NCBI GenBank assembly: GCA_000165345.1
Contig: CM000433.1
Coordinates: forward strand, 256,001-320,000
Direction: 5' to 3'
DNA length: 64,000 bases
The notes beneath the pieces were generated by a model. The model was not told the origin of the DNA. It worked only from the letters and a program-made list of their open reading frames with translations, and did no database searches. Made by a program: the position numbers and the translations under genes. Positions 29,355-39,837 of the stretch are shown piece by piece; position 1 is the first letter of the stretch; each line of letters starts with the position of its first letter.

Positions 29355-30482
29355 ATGAAAATGGCAGAGCAAGTTGATCAAGAATTAATGTACACAAAAT
29401 TTGTAAGATTTTTATTAGGCTCAAAGACCGGTGTACGAACTAAAGGCGCAATAGAAGTTGGGAGAAGAGCAGTTGATTATTTTCGTGGTATTGAGTTTAT
29501 CAGGTGGATGAGAAAAAATGAAGATCATATTAAAGAAAGTTATCCAGAAGTTGTCAAAAATATCTCTTTCGAATCTATTAATGATTTGAATCAAGTTGGA
29601 ACCGAGTTGATTAGGCGTTCATTTATCGTCAGGGCGGAATATAAACCGGTTGGAACCAACACTGGTGATTTGAAAATTCCTAAGTGGCCAAAGAGACTTT
29701 GCGTAACAAGCAATCAAAATTTTGATGAACACTCATTCTACATTATTACTTTCGATAGTAACAAAACAATGTCAAATATTTTAATGATATCAATTTTGGT
29801 TTCAGTTGTCGCGTTATTCATGTTCCCTGCTTGGCCTTTGGCAATAAAAATATCGGTTTGGTACATTTCCGTTGTATTTTTATCGGCGATGTTAATTGTC
29901 TTTTTTGGAAGATTGATAGTGTTCGCTTTTCTATGGTTCTTTGGCTTTGACTTTTGGATCCTTCCTAATTTATTTGATGAAGATACCGGAGTAATTGATT
30001 CGTTTAAACCACTCTATTCTATAATCAGAAGAGGAGACGATTGGTTTATGCTGTCTATACGAGTGTTCTGTGCAATATTTCTTGCAGGGGCAATTTATCA
30101 GTTAAGTAAGACTCACACAGCATCAGATGTAGGACAATTCGCAAGACAATCATTTTTGGATGTGTTGGATTGGGGACATAGAAAGATCTCTCCTCCGGAA
30201 GATTTTACACCTACGTTACATAACTCAAACATGGGAAGTAATGAACACATTGGAGAAAGAAATCTTTCTAATGAGGAGCACATTTGTATTACGAGATGTT
30301 TGAGGTTTGAATCTAAGGATGCAATATTAGATGAATGCGCAACAGATTGTCACTGCTTAAGCGAATTACTAAGTCTACCATGTCTAAAGTCTAGATCAAT
30401 TTGTCCTTCTGAATTCGAAGAAGAGCTTAATAATGCAATGGCAAAAAACTGTCAAAGTAATCAAGAAAAAAATGAGTTATAA
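29355..30482 (+). CDS. SEC62: Translocation protein Sec62.
   Basis: FPAWPLAIKISVWYISV...FWILPNLFDEDTGVIDSFKPLYS aligns with human SEC62 FPLWPAEMRVGVYYLSV...FWFLPNLTADVGFIDSFRPLYT. There are two adjacent TM helices, and an N-terminal GxRxxGxxVDYFRG segment like the Sec62 cytosolic domain. Confidence 0.8.
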   Translation: MKMAEQVDQELMYTKFVRFLLGSKTGVRTKGAIEVGRRAVDYFRGIEFIRWMRKNEDHIKESYPEVVKNISFESINDLNQVGTELIRRSFIVRAEYKPVGTNTGDLKIPKWPKRLCVTSNQNFDEHSFYIITFDSNKTMSNILMISILVSVVALFMFPAWPLAIKISVWYISVVFLSAMLIVFFGRLIVFAFLWFFGFDFWILPNLFDEDTGVIDSFKPLYSIIRRGDDWFMLSIRVFCAIFLAGAIYQLSKTHTASDVGQFARQSFLDVLDWGHRKISPPEDFTPTLHNSNMGSNEHIGERNLSNEEHICITRCLRFESKDAILDECATDCHCLSELLSLPCLKSRSICPSEFEEELNNAMAKNCQSNQEKNEL

Positions 30483-30485
30483 TTA

Positions 30486-33287
30486 TTACCAGAGTATTCC
30501 TCCAAATATATCTGCCTTTGATAAAAGCGATAGATTGTAGCATGCCATTTTTTTAAGTTTGATAAAATCATAGCTTCGAACATCAGTGATAGAGCTTAGG
30601 GAATTTATACATTTTATGTAACAGTTTATTGCGTTTGTTTTCAAATTAATTTGATGGAATGCGCGTGCGAGATTATAGAGGCATTCTGCCTTATAAATTT
30701 CATCATTAATATAAATACTCTGCCTTCCTTTTGAATATCTCATAATAAATGAAAACCCTTTTATTATTGCAAAAATCCGATTCTTGGATTCTTTGCTTGT
30801 TGCTACTCCTACCAACGAAACCCCAAGACAAAGAGAAATAAGATCATCGAAAGGAATTAATCTGTGGATTTTTAAGTATTCGGATGAAGCTTGGTTTAGA
30901 CGGTTGGAAAAAACGTAAAGATGGGCAGTAATAATTTGAAGCTCTAGATTATCTCTCGAATTTAAAATCTGTCTTTGTATCCACGATCTTGTTTCACCAA
31001 TAGTTTCTTTTTCGAGAATGAAATGGTTATTTAATTTATTTAATTTTGATGCAAATAAATTTGGCATTAAAATTAGGCTGCCTAACACTTTGCAAACACT
31101 TTTCTTATTGGATTTCTTGTTGAATTCTTCTCTCAAAAGTCCGAGTAATACACGCCAGATACCACCTTCAAATGAAAATGTAAGTAGTAGTTTTTGCAAT
31201 GAGTGTTTTCCTCTATTTAGTGAATCTCCGTTCATTTCAGGGCATAAGAACTTAAGGTTGTTAAGAAGCTTTTCAAATAATTCTACAGCAATGCTATTTT
31301 TTTTTGAATATTTTAAAAAAATTGCACCTAGCGATAGAAAATGCCAAAATTCATTTTCAGAGGCTAAAATACCTTCTAATGTAATTAAACCAAGCTCATT
31401 CCTAACTTTTGCCAATTGGATATTTGCTCTTTGCAGCCTTTTACTTGTATTTAATGTAGATGTTTCATTTGAATTTTTAGAATAGTTAGAAGTACTAGAT
31501 ATATCCTTTTCAATGCATTCTAAACTATTTTTTTTATTATTTTCATTATATTTCCTTGAATATATCAATTGGTTTATACGCTTTATGTCAATTATAAATT
31601 CATTAATTACATTGGCAAATCGATCTGCAAATAAATAAATAGAAATGTTATCAGGTTCAAAGTATATATTTGTGGTAATTGCAGTCTCCAAATATGGTTG
31701 AACTTCAATATTATTTGTAGTTTTTGCGATTTCTTTTTTCATGTCAGAAAATAAATCAAGAACGATTGTTATTCTCATTTCTTGCGGAATTGGAATTGAT
31801 ATATCTTTAGACTGTATTATTTCATCGTATTTCATTGTGTAGATCAACTCTTCGCTTAGACTATCGTAACCCATTTTCGAATATATGGAGGCTAAAAGCG
31901 TTTTCGCTCTGGAAATATTAAAATCACCAGAAACATCTTTATTTTTCTCCAATAATTTTTTAAGTACTGATGCAGCATCTTCATTTAAATTGAGTTTATG
32001 AAGCGAATAAGCATATTTAATATTAAAAGGAACATTAGATTCGAATGATTTTGAATTATATACAGTTACAAAATGGATATTTGCATTTTCATATTTACCA
32101 ATTTGAAAATATGCATCTCCTAATGTCAAATGTAAATCAATAAAATCTTCTAAGCTGTTATATTCATTTATAATTTTAGAAACTTGGAGTGCGGGAATGT
32201 AATTTCCAAAATTAAGATTTGCCACTGCATATTTGGTTGCAATATCAATTGGAACGTTTTTCAAAAATTGATTATCAATTATTTCATTAGTATTATGTTG
32301 AGTTAGTTGATTAAATATCGAATTAAAATCATTTGATTGAGTATTCATTTTTCCAAAATAATTATGAATTAGATCAACACACTTCTGGTATAATTTCAAA
32401 TCAATATAAACTTCGCATAACATATTAACGATATTTATGTCATCACAATACTCTATACAGCTTTCAAGAATTTCCGCTGCTAAGCTCAACTTTCCAATTT
32501 TATGATAGCATCTAGCAAGCTCTTTCCCCAAGAGTGGGTCGCCAGGGTGCCTCCAAAATAATATTTTTAGCTGTTGTATACACCTATTAATATCATTTAC
32601 TGAATAATATGCACTACTAAGTTCAAACCGTATTTCATCTTCTAATTGTGCAGCCGATTCTTGCCCACCTAAATTCTCAGAGTATTCTATGTTTTTAATA
32701 CATTTAGAGTAACAGTATATTGCTCTGTTCCAATCTTGAATTTCAGCACTCATTTGTCCTATTCTTCTCCATAAAAAAAAATCGGTGCTTACTAGGTGAG
32801 CAGCAACTAAGTAAAATCCAATTGCCTTTTCTTTATCATCTAGTTCTTGTTCATATATAAGACCCAGCATATGGAAAGGGTCATGTAATCCTGGAGCTTT
32901 GACAACGATTTCTTCGAGTATTTCGATTGCTAAGATGAATTTTTTTTCTAAATAAGCATCATTAGCTCGTTGCAACAATTTCTCGATTTCAGTTGAAACA
33001 TTTTGTTGTGACTTAGTTTTTTTTCGATGGCTTAAGTCTCTTCTTCTTTTCCTTTCATTTGAATATTTCGAAGTGCTAAATTCAAGTGAAAGCATGTTCT
33101 CAGAATCAGATTCGTCTTCCGAAAAATTATCAAAAAATTGGCTTAAAATATTTGAACTTTGACCATTTTTAAGCCCAGAATCACCAAATTTTAATAATTC
33201 ACCCATGTATGGCAGCTCTAATATATTTTGTTCATCATCGCCAATTTCATTGCTAAGTGAAGATGTAGTTGGATGAATTGTATTCAT
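30486..33287 (-). CDS. TFC4: TFIIIC TPR-repeat subunit (Tfc4 / GTF3C3-like).
   Basis: Acidic N-terminus followed by TPR repeats. PFHMLGLIYEQELDDKEKAIGFYLVAAHLVSTDFFLWRRIGQMSAEIQDWNRAIYCYSKCIK matches the conserved first TPR block of Tfc4/GTF3C3 (PYHTLGLIYEE.GD.EKAL.FYLLAAHL.P.D..LW.RLA.LS...G....AIYCYSRA). Confidence 0.65.
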   Translation of the reverse strand: MNTIHPTTSSLSNEIGDDEQNILELPYMGELLKFGDSGLKNGQSSNILSQFFDNFSEDESDSENMLSLEFSTSKYSNERKRRRDLSHRKKTKSQQNVSTEIEKLLQRANDAYLEKKFILAIEILEEIVVKAPGLHDPFHMLGLIYEQELDDKEKAIGFYLVAAHLVSTDFFLWRRIGQMSAEIQDWNRAIYCYSKCIKNIEYSENLGGQESAAQLEDEIRFELSSAYYSVNDINRCIQQLKILFWRHPGDPLLGKELARCYHKIGKLSLAAEILESCIEYCDDINIVNMLCEVYIDLKLYQKCVDLIHNYFGKMNTQSNDFNSIFNQLTQHNTNEIIDNQFLKNVPIDIATKYAVANLNFGNYIPALQVSKIINEYNSLEDFIDLHLTLGDAYFQIGKYENANIHFVTVYNSKSFESNVPFNIKYAYSLHKLNLNEDAASVLKKLLEKNKDVSGDFNISRAKTLLASIYSKMGYDSLSEELIYTMKYDEIIQSKDISIPIPQEMRITIVLDLFSDMKKEIAKTTNNIEVQPYLETAITTNIYFEPDNISIYLFADRFANVINEFIIDIKRINQLIYSRKYNENNKKNSLECIEKDISSTSNYSKNSNETSTLNTSKRLQRANIQLAKVRNELGLITLEGILASENEFWHFLSLGAIFLKYSKKNSIAVELFEKLLNNLKFLCPEMNGDSLNRGKHSLQKLLLTFSFEGGIWRVLLGLLREEFNKKSNKKSVCKVLGSLILMPNLFASKLNKLNNHFILEKETIGETRSWIQRQILNSRDNLELQIITAHLYVFSNRLNQASSEYLKIHRLIPFDDLISLCLGVSLVGVATSKESKNRIFAIIKGFSFIMRYSKGRQSIYINDEIYKAECLYNLARAFHQINLKTNAINCYIKCINSLSSITDVRSYDFIKLKKMACYNLSLLSKADIFGGILW

Positions 33288-33440
33288 AATTATAAGTTTA
33301 GTATATGCCGCATTTTAAAAAATATGTATTAAAAAAAACCAAATAAAATTTCAAAAAAACACTTGAAATTGTTTACTCATGAAAATAATCACATCCCATT
33401 TTCTTTGGGATAAACAAACATTTTAGTAATAGCCTGGAGT

Positions 33441-36360
33441 TCATTCATTAAAATATTTTGTTTTCAATACTTCTGCGCAAGACCAGTTGAAGTCTAATTT
33501 TGTATCTTGGAATTGCTTGCACTTATTGGAAAGACTGATAGTACTTAAGTCATTTTCGAATGGTCCCAACTGATTAATTTTTTCAATGTAAAATAGGGAT
33601 CTCTTAAAATCCTTGTTAATGAAAAATATCAATGCTTTAGTATGAAATTTAGATTTTAAAAGCGAAATCGGATCGGAATCATTTACAGTATTCAATACAT
33701 GATAAATTACTGTAGGGTTGCTTTTCCCTTGCACAACAACAACATCCAATGGGCATATTACAAACCTTTTCTGCACTTCTTTATTTACGAAGACATTGTT
33801 ACTTATTATTATGTCTGCAGAATAACGCCTAGTTAAAGATTCGATTCTACTGGCCAAATTAACTCCATCACCCATAATTCCGTACTTCATTCTTTTACTG
33901 CATCCAATGTTCCCAATCAGGACGTGATCTGTATGAATTCCACACTTAATGTTAATTTCTGGAATGTAGTTATTTCCGAAAGATCTAGATTTTAATTTTA
34001 ATTGCTTTTTCATTTTTAAAGACGCAGCTACCGCAGCTGCTGAATGGTTTTTAACAGCCATAGGTGAATTCCAAATTACTAGGATTGCATCTCCAGCAAT
34101 TTCTAGTAGGTTACCATGAAATTCTTCGATTATTTTAACCATTTCATCAAAATAATTAGTTAATAAGTAAAACAGTAATAATGGGTCAATCCTTTCTGCA
34201 ATACCAGTAAAACCAACAATATCTGAAAATAGAATTGTTATTTCCTTATACTGAGGACTAAGTGTTGAAAAGTCAAACTTCCTTAAGAGTGACGCTGCGA
34301 CACCTTGCGGAAGATATTTAGAGAGCGAATCCACATATTTTTTCAGAGATTCTGCGCAATGATTGGATAAAAACTCTGATAAATAGTCATTCATTGATAA
34401 ATTAATCTGAGAATTATCTTCATTAGAAAAAGACAAATTCTTTTCAGCTAACTTCAAATTACCATAAATCAAATCATACTTGTTTATTATTCGATTGTAA
34501 CTTTTCAATGATGAAGAAAAATACATCTGATCTACTTTAAGATGAAATATTGAACTTAAAAAAATAATCAGAAAATAAAAGTATTTCTGAATTATAGATG
34601 CAGTACAGTTGGCTTGAGAATATTTGTTGCCATAACTATTAATGATCGTCTCTATAGTAGAAATGAAAGTTACTGCTGCGAAAATAAATAATGTAATGTT
34701 GTAAAACGATTGTTCAAAAATAATTTTTCTATTCAAAAGTAAGCAAGACCCATTAGTAATGTCAAATAAATTGGTGTGGCAATCAATTCTATTCAATAGC
34801 TTTTTTTTGCAGTCCAAAGAAACTAATAACATCTCAAAATCTTCATAAGTTAGTTTTTTCTTGTTTGAAATGTATTCCTGATAACTTGAGATGCCAGTTT
34901 TCCTGTAAAAGCATATAAAACCATTAAATTCCTTACTGAACAGCCTCGGCAACCTGCGATCATTAAACTTCAGAGAAATAAAGAAAGATTTAAGAATAGC
35001 GAGTATCTGTGACTTACAAAATAAACAAAGTTTAAGGTAAACTAGTTTAAAATGTGAATAAAATTGATTATAAATTAGCATGAAACGTTGATTATTATTT
35101 GAATTTTTTGTAAATTTTCGTTCCTTTAAAGATAAAGTGGGAATATTGTATTCTAACCCGAAGAATTTATTTTGAATCCAATCAAAATTTTGAAACAAAA
35201 TATGTATACAATGATTGGTTAACCAGATTGCTTTGATCAAAAATATCGATTCCTAACTTTGTACAAATACTTTCGAATTCGGAAGATGAAATCATTGAAC
35301 TTATATCATTGCTAATAGAATAAAAAATTTGCTTGAGCTGAGTCCTGATAATTTCCGTAACTTGGAATTTATTATACTTGTTAGTAAATTTGCACTGAAG
35401 AATGAAAATAATACGATAAATATATGAATAATATAAAAGTTGAGCATAAATATTAAAAAATTCTTTAATTAGGCCCTCACTGCCATAAAAGTATAGAGTT
35501 GTTAAAATCAAATGGATCATTTCTATAGCCATGCCCATTTTTGGTATAGATTTCCAATTAAAAATATAGAAAAATATATCGAAGCAAATATTAATTACAG
35601 ACAAAGCAATAATTATAATCTCTGAGAGATGATTAATGGATATATATTTGCTTCTCAATATATTTATGTTCATAATGCGTATAACTTGAATTGCTAACTC
35701 TATTAATGATTTGCTACAAATTTTATAATATTCATTCAAAAACTTTAACAGGATAATTGAAACTTTATTATTTTCATGATTTGAAAATAACTGGACACCT
35801 TTTTTTAAACCAAAAAAATTATTAATGTCGTGAATAATATACTTATCAATATTTTTAATCTCAATACCAGGTGATGAATGATCTTGCCTCAAAGTATTAA
35901 GATTTTTTATATGTTGAAAATTTAAATCAGAAAGTTGTAACCGATTAACATGATTAATTAGTAAGTCAAATAACGGTAAGATACAGTTTCTGTGCGTTTT
36001 TATATTAATTACTCGACGCAGACGCCTTTGTTCCTTTACCAAATGCTGATTTTCATTTATGTATATTAATTCCAAAAAATCAAAATCTTGATAGGTCGAT
36101 AAAGATTTAGTGCTATTCAATATATTTTTAAAAGAGCATAAAAAATTGATTTCCTTTCTAAACGAGAGTTTTTTCAAATTAGTATTACATTTTTTTAAGT
36201 AATTTTCTTTCCGATTGGGACTTTGTGTAAACGCAAAAAAGTCTAATTTCGTCCCGGTTCTAATTATAGTTTCAACATTATTGCCCAATAAATTGGTGAA
36301 AGTTGAGTTTAAATTATTGGAATAAAATTTAATTCTATAATTACTATGGTTAATCTGCAT
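33441..36360 (-). CDS. Membrane-anchored class III nucleotidyl (adenylyl/guanylyl) cyclase: N-terminal multi-pass TM region plus C-terminal cyclase catalytic domain. Tentative model complement(join(33441..35230,35271..36360)).
   Basis: Cyclase motifs: ITILFSDIVGFTG (metal Asp), AGDAILVIW (second Asp) and GDGVNLASRIESLT (Asn/Arg transition-state pair). Upstream ORF 35182..36360 encodes TM helices (IIIALSVINICFDIFFYIFNW; MGMAIEMIHLILTTLYFYG). The downstream ORF has no ATG and opens immediately after a TAG. A 40-nt candidate intron (GTATTT...AAAG, 35231..35270) joins ...SSSEFE|T|IWLTNHCIHILF in frame; the alternative is a frameshift. Confidence 0.6.
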
Positions 36361-36453
36361 ATATTACATATTTGCCACTAAGTTGCAGCTATTAAACAAA
36401 TACTTGATTATGCGGTATCAAATAAAAATACAAAATATGTGGTTAATTATATA

Positions 36454-37269
36454 TTAAAGTTCTTCTCTAGCTGTTGAGATTACATCATTTTCGAAGCTGT
36501 CGGTATTATTAAGAACGTTTGATGTCTTTGTTCCATTAGATATGCTTGAATTTGCTGTCAAATTTTCATGTTTTTCCTTCATTTCCCACCAAACGTGCAT
36601 ATTTGGAATTTTTAGTTTTTGGTCCTTCAATAATCTTGGCCAAATAGTATTAGGCTCCTTCTTAACTAGAGTGCAGGATAGCTTTCCAACAGATCCAAAT
36701 GACCATTCAGATAAATCTGAATCAATATTATCGAATAGCTCGAGTTTAAGAACATATTTTTTTTTTTCGTGTGAATGCGATCCCATTGCAGAAAAAAAAA
36801 ATATATTATCACGAATTGAGACAGTTTCATTTTCTATTTTCAATGCACCCGGAGCATTCCATCTGTAAGTAAACTTTATGTTCAGATATACTTGATCAGA
36901 TGATTGTGCCCATTGAAATGCAGGGGATAATGTTGCAATCTCACTGTGTTTTTTGTTTAATAATCTAGTTAGTTCATTTAACTCTCTTCTAATTGAGAGT
37001 TCCACAGAACGAACAACTGGACTTAAATCAATACCCTGCTCATGCGTTTTAATAATTAATTTCCTTGAGAGTATCCACCAACCTCTCGAAATTGAAGTAT
37101 TTAAATCATCTGCAATTATATTTCTTGTTAATTTTTCAAATATCTGTATTGCATCTGCTTCAGTTTGAGAACTAGCAAAGATAGATGTGTTATTATGCCC
37201 TAGCTGTTCACAGAAAGTAAAGCTACCTAGGAATACAATTAGAAACAAAGAGAAAAAGTAAGTTAGCAT
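36454..37269 (-). CDS. Secreted or ER-resident protein with a p23/CS-like (HSP20-fold) domain and a C-terminal REEL.
   Basis: The real ATG is at 37269 (the track start is TTG). Signal peptide MLTYFFSLFLIVFLGSFTFC. The CS-like core is AFQWAQSSDQVYLNIKF...YVLKLELFDNIDSDLSEWSFGSVGKLSCTLVKKEPNTIWPRL. The last four residues REEL resemble a K/HDEL-type ER retrieval signal. Confidence 0.5.
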   Translation of the reverse strand: MLTYFFSLFLIVFLGSFTFCEQLGHNNTSIFASSQTEADAIQIFEKLTRNIIADDLNTSISRGWWILSRKLIIKTHEQGIDLSPVVRSVELSIRRELNELTRLLNKKHSEIATLSPAFQWAQSSDQVYLNIKFTYRWNAPGALKIENETVSIRDNIFFFSAMGSHSHEKKKYVLKLELFDNIDSDLSEWSFGSVGKLSCTLVKKEPNTIWPRLLKDQKLKIPNMHVWWEMKEKHENLTANSSISNGTKTSNVLNNTDSFENDVISTAREEL

Positions 37270-37466
37270 ATTTTTCAATATTCTGAAGAAATTCCAATAT
37301 TACCGCAATTTTATCATCAAGCCTAAATTTCATTTAAAAACAAATTAATAAATTAATATCCAATATGGAATTAAATTAACGATATTTTTGTACTTAAGCT
37401 AACCAATTAATCTTATTTTATTCTTATGAAATTTTTATATACTGAGTGCGGATAAACTTTTATTAA

Positions 37467-38769
37467 ATGAATAAAGTTCTGGTAGTAGATAATGGCTCAT
37501 ACACCATTAAAATTGGATATTCAGGTGAAGAATTACCTAGGTAAGTTGAATTTCTTACCAAAAATATTTTAATTCTCTTAGGCATTGCTTCCCAAATTGT
37601 ATCGGAAAAGTTCGAAGAAAAGATAAAATTTATACATCTGATCAAATTTACAGCTTGAATGAATATTTTTCTTATTGTCCATTTTCTGAAGGCTTACTAA
37701 TTGATGTTTCAATGGAAAATGATATTTGGGAATATATTTTTAATAAAATGAATATTTCTCCAGGGGATATTGGTTTATTAGTCACTGAACCATTTCTAAA
37801 CCCATCCTCACTTCAGCATTCTCTTTTCGAAATAATCTTTGAGCAATTTGGTTTTAATAAGGCAATAGTTACAAATCCTCCTGCAATATCACAGTTTGCA
37901 TTCAATCCACAGCTAATTCCCAATACTGAGCAGCAAGTAATTAATCCTTGCTATTTGATTTTAGACTGTGGCTATCAGTGTTGTTTTAGTGTCCCATTTT
38001 TTCAAGGCTCACCAATTTATAAAGCTTGTAGAAGATTGGATATTGGCGGATATCACTTGGATCTTGCATTAAAAAATTTTCTTTCACTCAGACAAGTTGA
38101 TTTATCTAGAAGCTCTTTAATTGTCTCAAAAATTAAAGAAAGTTGCTGCTATATTTCTAAAAATTTTGATCTTGATATTAGCAGGTCGCCAGGAAATAGT
38201 CCTGATAATTTGGTGGAGCAGATATATCAACTCCCTGAATTAAAACCAAACAGTAAGAATTCAAACTTCTACTCTCAGGAGTGTATATCTCCAGATAATA
38301 TTGAACTTGAGAATTTCAATTTAAAAATGGAATCCGAATCTAGCGTGAATTGCGACCCTAGCAGAATCATTAAACTTTATTCTGAAAGGATTACTGTTCC
38401 GGAACTTTTATTTAGTCCTTCAAACGGAGGTTATAACTTTACAGGAATTGCCGACATGGTATCAGAGTCAATCTTATCATCCCCAAAGCATCTCCAAGAG
38501 CTTCTAGCGAATAATATATTGTTAATAGGAGGCTCTACTAAATTCAGAAATTTCGAAGCGAGATTAAATAAGGAGCTTTCCTCTCTACTACCTTCGGTAA
38601 GTTTAAAACTTAAACACTATCATTCAACTAACTTAAGAAGTCGTGGAAAATAAAAACAAGAAAATGCAATCAAAGACCTGACTTCACAACATGGGCAGGT
38701 GGCTCAATTTGGGGAGAAACAAACTTTGATACATATGCACTTTCAAAAAGTAAATACAATGAAATCTGA
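37467..38769 (+). CDS. Actin-related protein (Arp), three exons: join(37467..37540,37582..38596,38638..38769); two 41-nt introns, both GTAAGT...(T/A)AG.
   Basis: Exon 1 (MNKVLVVDNGSYTIKIGYSGEELPR) matches the actin N-terminus ([22 protein letters not shown]). Exon 2 has LLVTEPFLNPSSLQHSLFEIIFEQFGFNKAIV, ITVPELLFSPS and LLIGGSTKFRNFEARLNKEL. Exon 3, joined in frame by a 41-nt intron, gives the actin-fold C-terminus ...PDFTTWAGGSIWGETNFDTYALSKSKYNEI*. The subfamily (Arp4/6 or actin-like) is not resolved. Confidence 0.75.
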
Positions 38770-38844
38770 CAAAAATTTTGTAAACATTACAATTGTTTGA
38801 TATAAATCAATTTATTTGAATTATTTAAGCGGCCCAAAAAAGTT

Positions 38845-38861
38845 CCCCGTCGCACGCGGGG
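38845..38861. promoter_or_regulatory. GC-rich palindrome CCCCG-N7-CGGGG (ttCCCCGtcgcacgCGGGGat) 53-69 nt upstream of the Tra2-like ATG.
   Basis: An isolated GC island in an AT-rich spacer with perfect 5-bp inverted arms. The half-sites resemble E2F-like TTCCCGC/GCGGGAA. Confidence 0.35.
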
Positions 38862-38913
38862 ATAACTTTCTGTTTTTTCTACCCATTTATACTTTTCACA
38901 TTTCCTTCGTAAT

Positions 38914-39675
38914 ATGCCAGAGGCAAAAAAACGGGGAAGAAAACCAATTTTTCGAAAAATGGAGGAGGATAATTCTGAGCCACAAACATGCCAAGCTGAA
39001 GAAGGCAATAGCCAAACCCAACATGAATTGGAACAGGCTGAACCAATTCAAGAAGCTACAAATGCGGAGTCAGATGAGAAGAACCAAGTAGCCCCTCAGA
39101 TTGAACGAAGTAATGATCCTTCATGTACACTCTATGTTTGCAGGCTTTCTTTAAAAACAAAAGAAGATGACTTACGCCGGCTATTTGAGGATTATGGTGA
39201 AGTAACTGATTGTCATTTAGTTACTAATCCATTATCTGGCGAAAGCAGGTGTTTTGGGTTCGTAACTATGGGTAATGAGGAGGAAGCAGCGCGTGCAAAA
39301 GATGCACTGGATGGGAAAGAATATCAAGATGCAAGTTTGAAGGTTGAGACAGCAAGACGTGCTAAGCCATATGATCCCACTCCAGGAGAATATAAAGGGC
39401 CCCAATATCGATCAATTAAATATAATTCAAGAACTGGGTATTCTCGTTCTTCACATCGTGGCAATTCATTTAGACATTCTACTAGGAGTAGATATGACTA
39501 TCCACCGCCATCTCATTCGAGGGGTGATCAATACAACAGACACAATGATGACTATTACAACAGATACTATGATAGCAGATACCCTAGACCGGATGATTAT
39601 CACTCCTCTAGGTACCACTCACCGCCACGTTATTCTAGAGCAGATCCGTACGACTCAAGATATAGCAGACGATAA
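38914..39675 (+). CDS. Tra2-like / SR-type splicing factor: a single RRM plus an Arg/Tyr/Asp/Ser-rich tail.
   Basis: RRM: TLYVCRLSLKTKEDDLRRLFEDYGEVTDCHLVTNPLSGESRCFGFVTMGNEEEAARAKDALDG. The RRM-distal motif KPYDPTPGEYKG resembles Tra2 (RPHTPTPGIYMG). The C-terminal tail is built of RY/RS/DY repeats. Confidence 0.65.
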   Translation: MPEAKKRGRKPIFRKMEEDNSEPQTCQAEEGNSQTQHELEQAEPIQEATNAESDEKNQVAPQIERSNDPSCTLYVCRLSLKTKEDDLRRLFEDYGEVTDCHLVTNPLSGESRCFGFVTMGNEEEAARAKDALDGKEYQDASLKVETARRAKPYDPTPGEYKGPQYRSIKYNSRTGYSRSSHRGNSFRHSTRSRYDYPPPSHSRGDQYNRHNDDYYNRYYDSRYPRPDDYHSSRYHSPPRYSRADPYDSRYSRR

Positions 39676-39837
39676 AGTTATTAATCAAACTAAAATTAAC
39701 TAAATTTACTGTTTTTACAATATCCAGTCTAGAATAGAGTTTTGTACATTTCAAATTTTCCCGTCTTCTTATTCAGATTCCGCTTATTTCCCGTATTTTC
39801 CCCTTTTGTTCCCCCTTTTATTTTTATTTTATGAAAG

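Noticed and set aside
35182-36360. Canonical K+ channel selectivity filter (T-x-G-Y-G-D) in the cyclase N-terminal module
   Set aside because: Only a loose TTLYFYGSEG is present. I therefore describe the module as polytopic membrane / channel-like, not as a K+ channel.
37463-37645. Minus-strand 60-aa ORF
   Set aside because: It overlaps Arp exon 1, intron 1 and the start of exon 2 on the opposite strand, and has no support.
38787-39091. Overlapping small ORFs 38787..39008 (-) and 38816..39091 (+), and the alternative-frame ORF 39344..39703
   Set aside because: They lie in the promoter and 5' coding region of the Tra2-like gene, or in its repeat-rich tail read in another frame. The RRM-containing frame is clearly the real one.
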